26,874 nucleotides of DNA from Myxococcales bacterium (GTDB taxonomy: Bacteria > Myxococcota > Myxococcia > Myxococcales > Anaeromyxobacteraceae). Location: assembly GCA_038320275.1 (NCBI GenBank), contig JBBQEB010000036.1:1-26874 (forward strand), in the 5' to 3' direction. Below are positions 17,533-23,958 of the stretch, piece after piece; within the stretch, counting starts at the first letter, position 1; the number at the start of each line of letters is the position of its first letter. The notes under the pieces are model-generated. The model was not told the origin of the DNA. It saw nothing but the letters and a program-made list of their open reading frames with translations, and did not search any database. The position numbers and the translations under genes are program-made.

Positions 17533-18815
17533 CGCAGCTCTCCCAGCGCCTCGAAGCGCCGCTTCACCTCGGCCCCGAGACGCTCGTCGTCCGCCGGCGG
17601 AAGCCGCTCGCCGGCCTGGAACAGGTAAAAGAACATCAGCTCGCGGAGCGCGTCGAAGGCGAGGCGAGCGGCGTCGCCGGACGGCTCGAGCCGGGCCAGC
17701 GCGCCCGGCTGGAGCCCCGCCAATGCGGTCGAGAGCGCGGCCGGGTCGATGGTGCCGTCGCGCTGGAGCGCGGCGCCGCGCCAGAGCGGGGCGAAGCGGC
17801 TCGTCGCATCGGAGAGGAAGGTCCGGATACCGGCCAGAAAGGTGTCGATCCCTCCCCGCGTGGCCGCGGCGCGGGTCACGTCGAGCAGGATCTCGTTCAT
17901 CCCGCGCGTGAGCGCCGCCAGTCGCTCGTCCGAGGAGCCGCGCGGGGCCATCTGCCCACCGGTGGCCTCGACGTAGCCAGCCTCCGCCAGGTGGTACAGG
18001 ATCTTGGTGGCGTCGAACTCGCCCAGGTGCGCCTCGCGCGCGACGTCGGCGACCGTCCGCCGCCCGTCGACGAGCTCGAGGATGCGCGCCTCCGACGGGT
18101 GGAGCGTGATGGGCACCTTGGGGATGCGGCGGCGGGGATAGGCGTGCGGCCCCGGGATGCGCGCGCGGAAGAGGTGGCCCTCGTCGATGCGCCGGATGCC
18201 GTTCATCAGCAGGGATTGGGTATTCACGCTGAGAGCGATCCCGAGCTCCAGCTCCGGCTCGTCCACGAGCGCGAACACCCCCTCCTGCGCGAGGAGGATG
18301 GCGTGGAACACCGCCGAGACCTGCTCGTGCAAGCACTTCCACAGGTCGGGCGGCTGAAGGTGCCCGCGCTCGACCAGCACCTTGCCGAGCGGCCTGCCCG
18401 TCCCGGTCGCGCGCGCCAGCTCCTCCGCCGTCACGTAGCCGAGCCGCAGCGCCACCTCGCCGATGCGCTCGCCCGGCGCTTCCGACTGTGCGCCGCGCAC
18501 CTCCCCGTCGCGGAAGGCCAGCGCCCGCTCCACGCCGGGCGTGCTCACGGAGAGGAGGCCGGAGAGCCGGGCCTGGCCCACGAACCCCACCAGCTCGGCC
18601 ACGGGAAGGGTGGAGAGGTCGCCCGCGAGAATGCAGTGGGGCGGCGCGGAGGCCCCGCCTGCCGGGGGCACGCGCCGGGCCACCAGCAGGTCGGGGGCGG
18701 ACGGGAGGACGAGGAAGCGCCCGGCCCGATCGGCGAGAGCGCGCCGCGCTGGATCGCCGTTTGGGACGACCCGGCCGTGCGGGTCGATGTCGAGATAGCT
18801 CGCCGGGCGCGTCAC
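17529..18815 (-). CDS. DUF4388 domain-containing protein
   Basis: LAGDLSTLPVAELVGFV...SGLL, ERIGEVALRLG, LLMNGIRRIDE, then a winged-helix-like ILELVDGRRTVADV segment. Probable start GTG 18815 (ORF extends to 18854). Confidence 0.8.
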   Translation of the reverse strand: MTRPASYLDIDPHGRVVPNGDPARRALADRAGRFLVLPSAPDLLVARRVPPAGGASAPPHCILAGDLSTLPVAELVGFVGQARLSGLLSVSTPGVERALAFRDGEVRGAQSEAPGERIGEVALRLGYVTAEELARATGTGRPLGKVLVERGHLQPPDLWKCLHEQVSAVFHAILLAQEGVFALVDEPELELGIALSVNTQSLLMNGIRRIDEGHLFRARIPGPHAYPRRRIPKVPITLHPSEARILELVDGRRTVADVAREAHLGEFDATKILYHLAEAGYVEATGGQMAPRGSSDERLAALTRGMNEILLDVTRAAATRGGIDTFLAGIRTFLSDATSRFAPLWRGAALQRDGTIDPAALSTALAGLQPGALARLEPSGDAARLAFDALRELMFFYLFQAGERLPPADDERLGAEVKRRFEALGELR

Positions 18816-18917
18816 AGCAGAGCCCGCTTGGTATGAGGCCGTCGCGAGGCACACGATGCCGTCGACGAGCCGGGCAGCTTGCGCCGCAGCAGGGATCCTA
18901 TCAAGTGGTCTCCGCTC

Positions 18918-20003
18918 TCAGCCCTCCGCACCCTCGTCCAGCGGGAGGATGACCTCCACCGAGGCTCCTCCTGCGGTGCAAGCGCCGGCCTTCAGGGTGC
19001 CCCCCAGCGCGCTCGCGATCCCCCGAGCCACGGTCAGGCAGAGCGGGGCCGAGCGCGCCGGTGCCCGCTCCAGCCCTTCGCCATGCGCAGGACCTCTGCT
19101 GACGGTCACGCTCACCCGAGCCTCGTCGGGGATGCCGCGCGCAGCGACGCGGACGAGCGCGCCCGCCCCTCCGCCGCGAGCCACGTGGACGAGCAGCGCC
19201 TGAAACAGCTCCGCGAGGAGCGGCTCGCTCCCGGCCACGCGAGCGGGCAATACGGGCTCGATCTGAACGGAGAGAGCCCCGAGCTCGGGGAGCGCCAGCC
19301 TGACCGCCTCGCGCAACGCAGCCTCGAGGTCGACCGCGCGCACGAGCGGCGAGGCCGGCTGGCCGAACCGCTGCAGCGCCTGCATGATGCGCCCCACGCG
19401 GACGGCCGCGTCGCGGGCATCCTCCAGCGCGTGGGCCGCCTCCAGCAGCTCGGCAGGCGCCAGCGCCCCCGCGAGCCGCGCGTGCTCCGACTCCACGAAG
19501 GCGAGACCCGCCACCACGCAGGCGAGCGGGCTGTTCACCTCGTGGGCGAGCCCCGCCGCCAGCGAGCCCACCGCTGCCACGCGCTCCGCGGCCCGGGACC
19601 GCGACTCCTCGGCCCGCCGCTCCGTCTGGTCGTCGAGCACCACCACCGCTCCCCGGAGGCCGCCCGCTGCGTCGCGCATCGGCCGTACGCGCGCGGAGAT
19701 GGACCTGCGACCGCCCGGTGTGACGAGCTGCGCCTCGAGCCTGGCCTCGGGTGCGCCGGCCAGCACTTCGCGCACGGCAGCCCCGAGCCACGGCAGCGCC
19801 CCCTCCACGCGGTCGGCCCGAAGGGCGGCGGCTGCCACCCTCTCGCCCAAGAGCACCTCCGTAGCGAGGTTGACGCCGGCGAGGCCTCCGTCCTCGTCCA
19901 CGAGCAACATCGGCTCGGGGAAGCTCGCGAAGGCGAGGTCGAACGGATTGCGAGCGGGGGCGAGCGACGTCACGGTCGAAGGTAGTTGCAACACCAAGGC
20001 CAT
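18918..20003 (-). CDS. PAS + HisKA sensor histidine kinase-like protein with degenerate HATPase domain
   Basis: ATG 20003; PAS (FPEPMLLVDEDGGLAGVN...GAVVVLDDQTERR); H-box LAAGLAHEVNSPL; C-terminal ARGIASALGGTL...VEVILP. Confidence 0.82.
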   Translation of the reverse strand: MALVLQLPSTVTSLAPARNPFDLAFASFPEPMLLVDEDGGLAGVNLATEVLLGERVAAAALRADRVEGALPWLGAAVREVLAGAPEARLEAQLVTPGGRRSISARVRPMRDAAGGLRGAVVVLDDQTERRAEESRSRAAERVAAVGSLAAGLAHEVNSPLACVVAGLAFVESEHARLAGALAPAELLEAAHALEDARDAAVRVGRIMQALQRFGQPASPLVRAVDLEAALREAVRLALPELGALSVQIEPVLPARVAGSEPLLAELFQALLVHVARGGGAGALVRVAARGIPDEARVSVTVSRGPAHGEGLERAPARSAPLCLTVARGIASALGGTLKAGACTAGGASVEVILPLDEGAEG

Positions 20004-20277
20004 GCCGCCTGCCTCGCTGCGACGCGCAGGCACACACGCGCCCACGGGCCTTGCGGCGGACCCTTGGCCGCGGTGCACCTTGCGGCGCCTGATCGACCGT
20101 GGGTCACTCCTCGAGCACACCCGGGGTCCGCGGAACGGGGTGAGCGAGCCCCGGCGCGGCGCGCCCTGGCGTTCGCGCCCGAGTCGGGGTGGACGCGCTG
20201 CACACCGAGTCTCTGAAGAGCGGCCTCTTCCCCGGCTGTTCAGGCGCTCCGGCCAGCCCTCGAAGACGTCGTACCCG

Positions 20278-21294
20278 TCACGTCGGCTGGGCGGCAGCGC
20301 TGGCCCGGAGCTCCTGCGGAAGGAGCGCCGCCAGGAGGACTCCGTTCGCGGGCGTGGGTACCGCGGCTTCGCGGCCCATTCGCACGATGGCCCCCGTCTG
20401 TTCCCGGAGCTCGGAGGGTTTGCCCGCCTGGAGATCGCGCTGCATGGAGGCGGTGGCCGTCGCGGGCAGCCCGTCCAGCGTCCGGAGCGCCCTCGCGGTG
20501 GCGTCGGCGGGAAGGCGCACCCCGCGCGCCCGAGCGACCGCCGCGATCTCCTCCATGACCTCCTGGAGCAGCGCCCGCGACTCGGGGATCGCGCGCACCT
20601 CGCCGATGGGGCTGCGCGTCGCCGCTCCCACTCCGCCGAACGCGGCGATGAAGAGGAACTTCTCCCACAGTGCGGCCCCCATGTCGGGGGCGACGGTGGC
20701 GTCGATGTGGGCGGCCCGCAGGACTGCGGCGAGCGCCTCGACCCGCGCGCTCCCGCCTGGCCCGGCCGAACGATCCGCTGCGCCTCGCGGTGCCTGCTTC
20801 TCGCTCGCCTGGCCCGACGCGATGATATCCTCACGGACTCCGAGCTCCCCCATGGTGACGCGGAGGTGCTCGCCCATGTGGCGCACCAGGCCCGGCCGCT
20901 CGAGCCAGGCGAGCATGTGGCAGAGCCCGCCCACCACCCGCCCGGCACCGACGGTGGCGGCCAGCTCCTCCGCCGCCTCGACACCGTTCTCGAGTGGCAG
21001 AGCGAAGCCCTCGGGCGCGAGCAGTCGAGCCACGGCCGGCGCCACCTCCCGCACCTGCCAGCTCTTCACCCCCACCAGCACCGCGTCTGCCGGAGCGAGC
21101 GAGGCGGGGTCGCCCGCCGCGTCCACCTTGGGAAGGTGGAAGGTGCCGCGCGGGCTCTCGACCTCCAGCCCGCCTGCGCGGAGCGCCGCGAGCTGCCGAC
21201 CGCGGGCGAGGAACCCGACGTCGTTGCCGGCGCGCGCCAGGAGCCCTCCCACCAGGCTCCCCACCCCTCCGGCGCCCACCACCACGATGCGCAC
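20278..21294 (-). CDS. panE: 2-dehydropantoate 2-reductase (ketopantoate reductase, PanE/ApbA family)
   Basis: GTG 21294 with GGAGG SD; RIVVVGAGGVG, GVKSWQ, LENGVE, LWEKFLF, SMQRDLQAGKPSE. Confidence 0.92.
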   Translation of the reverse strand: MRIVVVGAGGVGSLVGGLLARAGNDVGFLARGRQLAALRAGGLEVESPRGTFHLPKVDAAGDPASLAPADAVLVGVKSWQVREVAPAVARLLAPEGFALPLENGVEAAEELAATVGAGRVVGGLCHMLAWLERPGLVRHMGEHLRVTMGELGVREDIIASGQASEKQAPRGAADRSAGPGGSARVEALAAVLRAAHIDATVAPDMGAALWEKFLFIAAFGGVGAATRSPIGEVRAIPESRALLQEVMEEIAAVARARGVRLPADATARALRTLDGLPATATASMQRDLQAGKPSELREQTGAIVRMGREAAVPTPANGVLLAALLPQELRASAAAQPT

Positions 21295-21550
21295 GCAAAC
21301 CTCCCTGGGAGCCGTTCTCGAGCCATCCTTCACCGCGTCGCCCTCGCGGCTGATCCGCTCGCTCGGCGCGGCTCGGGACGATCTATAACGCGGCAGGGGC
21401 AGCCTGAGGTGCTGCTCTCGCTTCGGAAGGCCCTCGCGACCCACCCAGCTCTCGATGCCGGACGCCCGGCCGCGGTGGCCCGTCCGGTGGAAGCGGCTGG
21501 CCCCACCCGCCCGGCGGCGCGCGCCCGACGCCGCGCTACAGTGCGGCGCC

Positions 21551-22954
21551 ATGGCCCTCCACCTCCTCCCGGCACTCCTCGCCCTGGCTGCGGGAACGGC
21601 ACCGCCGTCCTTCCGCGTCGACTACTTCCACTCCGGCAGCGCGACCGAGGAGCGCTTCTCGCTCGACCGGCTGGTGATCGAGGAGCTGCCCTTTCCGGGC
21701 AACCCGCGCCGGCCGCTCGACGAGACCAACCTCGGCAAGTACTTCTTCGAGGTCCGCGACGCCGCCACGCAGCGCCTGCTCTACTCGCGCGGGTTCTCCA
21801 GCGTGTACGGCGAGTGGGAGACGACGGCCGAGGCGAAGGAGCGCTGGCGCACCTTTCACGAGTCGCTGCGCTTCCCCAGGCCGGACCGGCCGGTGCAGGT
21901 GGTGCTGAAGAGGCGGGACGCCAGGAACCTCTTCCGGGAGGTGTGGTCGCTCGCCGTCGATCCCGCAGATCCCGCGGTGGACCCCTCCCCGGCGCCTTCC
22001 GCGGGTCCGCTCCTCACCTTCCTCCGCTCGGGCGATCCCGAGGAGAAGCTCGATCTCCTGCTGCTGGGCGACGGCTACACCGCGGCGGAGCGGCCGAAGT
22101 TCGAGGCCGACGCGCGCCGCCTCCTCGACGCGCTCCTCGCCACCTCGCCCTACCGCGAGCGCCGCGCGGAACTGAACGTCTGGGGCCTCTGCCCTCCCGC
22201 GGCGCAGAGCGGCGTCTCGCGGCCCTCCACCGGAGTCCACCGGGCGAGCCCGCTCGGCGCTTCCTACGACGCGTTCGGCAGCGAGCGCTACCTCCTCACC
22301 TTCGAGAATCGCCGCCTGCGCGAGGCGGCGTCGCACGCTCCCTACGACGCCCTCGTCATCCTGGTGAATGGCGAGACCTACGGCGGGGGCGGCATCTTCA
22401 ACCTCTACGCCACGGTGGCCGCGAAGAGCATGTGGGCCCCCTACGTCTTCGTCCACGAACTGGGTCACAGCCTGGCCGCGCTCGCCGACGAATATTTCAC
22501 CTCCGAGACCTCCTACCTCCCCTCGGCCGAGCGCTCCGAGCCCTGGGAGCGGAACGTCACCGCGCTCCTCGATCCGGCCCGGTTCAAGTGGAAGGCGCTC
22601 GTCGCCCCCAGCACGCCCGTCCCCACCCCCTGGGCCGCCGAGGCGTACACCACGCGCGCCAAGGCGTTCCAGGAGCGGCGGAAGCGCATCCGCGCCGCGC
22701 GCGGGCCGGAGTCGGAGATGGATGCGCTCTTCCTGGCGCAGCAAAAGGAGGAGACGGCGGCGCTCTCCGCCGAGCCGCACGGCCGGGAGGTGGGGGCCTT
22801 CGAGGGCGCCAACTACGAGGCCAAGGGCTTCTTCCGGCCGCAGGCCGACTGCATCATGTTCTCGCGGGATCCGGTGCCCTTCTGCGCCGTCTGCCGCGGA
22901 GCGCTGGGCGAGGTCCTCGACCTGTACGCCGGCCCCTCGCGGGCGGGCCGATAG
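21551..22954 (+). CDS. Secreted peptidase M64 family (IgA peptidase-like) metallopeptidase
   Basis: Signal peptide from ATG 21551; FRVDYFHSG N-domain, LGDGYT, YGGGGIFN, HELGHSLAALADEY, FEGANY...CIMF...FCAVC. Confidence 0.92.
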   Translation: MALHLLPALLALAAGTAPPSFRVDYFHSGSATEERFSLDRLVIEELPFPGNPRRPLDETNLGKYFFEVRDAATQRLLYSRGFSSVYGEWETTAEAKERWRTFHESLRFPRPDRPVQVVLKRRDARNLFREVWSLAVDPADPAVDPSPAPSAGPLLTFLRSGDPEEKLDLLLLGDGYTAAERPKFEADARRLLDALLATSPYRERRAELNVWGLCPPAAQSGVSRPSTGVHRASPLGASYDAFGSERYLLTFENRRLREAASHAPYDALVILVNGETYGGGGIFNLYATVAAKSMWAPYVFVHELGHSLAALADEYFTSETSYLPSAERSEPWERNVTALLDPARFKWKALVAPSTPVPTPWAAEAYTTRAKAFQERRKRIRAARGPESEMDALFLAQQKEETAALSAEPHGREVGAFEGANYEAKGFFRPQADCIMFSRDPVPFCAVCRGALGEVLDLYAGPSRAGR

Positions 22955-22957
22955 AGC

Positions 22958-23785
22958 GTGGTCGCCCCGCCGCCCCTCACCCTGGCCCTCCTCGCGGCCG
23001 TCGCGTTCGTCGCCGGCGCGGTGGACGCGGTGGCGGGCGGCGGCGGGCTCCTCACCGTCCCGGCGCTGCTCACGGCCGGCCTTCCGCCCCAGTTCGCCAT
23101 CGCCACCAACAAGGGGCAGTCGGTCTTCGGGTCGGGGGCGGCGCTGGTCCGCTTCGCGCGGGCCGGGATGGTGGACGCACGGCGCGCGCGCGCCACCTTC
23201 CCGGCCGGCTGCGCGGGCGCGCTCTGCGGAGCCGCGCTGCTGCTCGTCCTCCGGCCGGAGGTGCTCCGGCCGATCGTGCTCGTGCTGCTCGTGGGGGTGG
23301 CGGCCTTCCTCGCAAGCCGCCGCGTTCCCACCCGAGCGGCGCCCCGTGCCCGCGTATCCCCGGGGCGCGCACGGCCGGCCGCGGCGCTCATCGCCCTCGC
23401 GCTCGGCGCCTACGACGGCTTCTTCGGACCGGGCACCGGGACGTTCCTCATCCTCCTCTTCGCGGCAGTGCTCGGCGACGGCCTGACGCGGGCCTCCGCC
23501 GAGGCGAAGGTGGTCAACTTCGCCTCCAACTTGGCGGCCCTGGCGCTCTTCGCCGCGCGGGGCGCGGTGTTGTGGCCGGTCGCCCTCCCGATGGCGGCAG
23601 CTCAGCTCGCCGGCAGCGCGCTGGGAGCGCACCTCGCGATCCGGCGGGGGGATCTCTTCGTACGGCGGGTGGTGCTCGCCGTGGTGGTGGTGCTGGCGGT
23701 GAAGCTGGGGCGGGATGTGGTGGTGGCGAGCGGAGCCGTGCGCGACGGCGCCCAGGAACCGAATACCGCACCCGCAACGCGTTGA
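22958..23785 (+). CDS. TauE/SafE (TSUP) family membrane transporter, YfcA-like
   Basis: AGAVDAVAGGGGLLTVPALL, ATNKGQ, GAYDGFFGPGTGTF, AKVVNFASN. Confidence 0.92.
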   Translation: MVAPPPLTLALLAAVAFVAGAVDAVAGGGGLLTVPALLTAGLPPQFAIATNKGQSVFGSGAALVRFARAGMVDARRARATFPAGCAGALCGAALLLVLRPEVLRPIVLVLLVGVAAFLASRRVPTRAAPRARVSPGRARPAAALIALALGAYDGFFGPGTGTFLILLFAAVLGDGLTRASAEAKVVNFASNLAALALFAARGAVLWPVALPMAAAQLAGSALGAHLAIRRGDLFVRRVVLAVVVVLAVKLGRDVVVASGAVRDGAQEPNTAPATR

Positions 23786-23951
23786 TCAGGAAGCCTCGTC
23801 CACCCGCGCGGCCGGAAGGAGGACCGTGAAGGTGCTCCCGCGCCCGAGCTCGCTCTCCGCCCGGATGTCGCCTCCCATGGCGCTCACGATGCCGTGGCAG
23901 AGGGACAGGCCGGAGCCCACGCCCGCTTCCTTGGGTCGTGACGAAGGCTTC
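23786..23951 (-). pseudogene. Remnant of a histidine kinase HATPase C-terminus, frameshifted, no start
   Basis: Reverse strand reads EAFVTT, one extra C, then KEAGVGSGLSLCHGIVSAMGGDIRAESELGRGSTFTVLLPAARVDEAS-stop (F-box and G2-box region). Confidence 0.8.
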
Positions 23952-23958
23952 AGCCGAC

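Noticed and set aside
20215..20230. Hairpin GAAGAG-CGGC-CTCTTC as panE terminator
   Set aside because: Short stem and no U-tract on either strand.
21295..21470. Riboswitch-like fragments upstream of panE (CCGAAG...CCTCAGG glycine-like; CTGAG TPP-like)
   Set aside because: Core consensus and pairing are incomplete; an Rfam/Infernal search would be needed.
19384..23829. 1481-aa plus-strand ORF
   Set aside because: Low-complexity Arg/Pro/Gly shadow frame overlapping four genes with clear family motifs.
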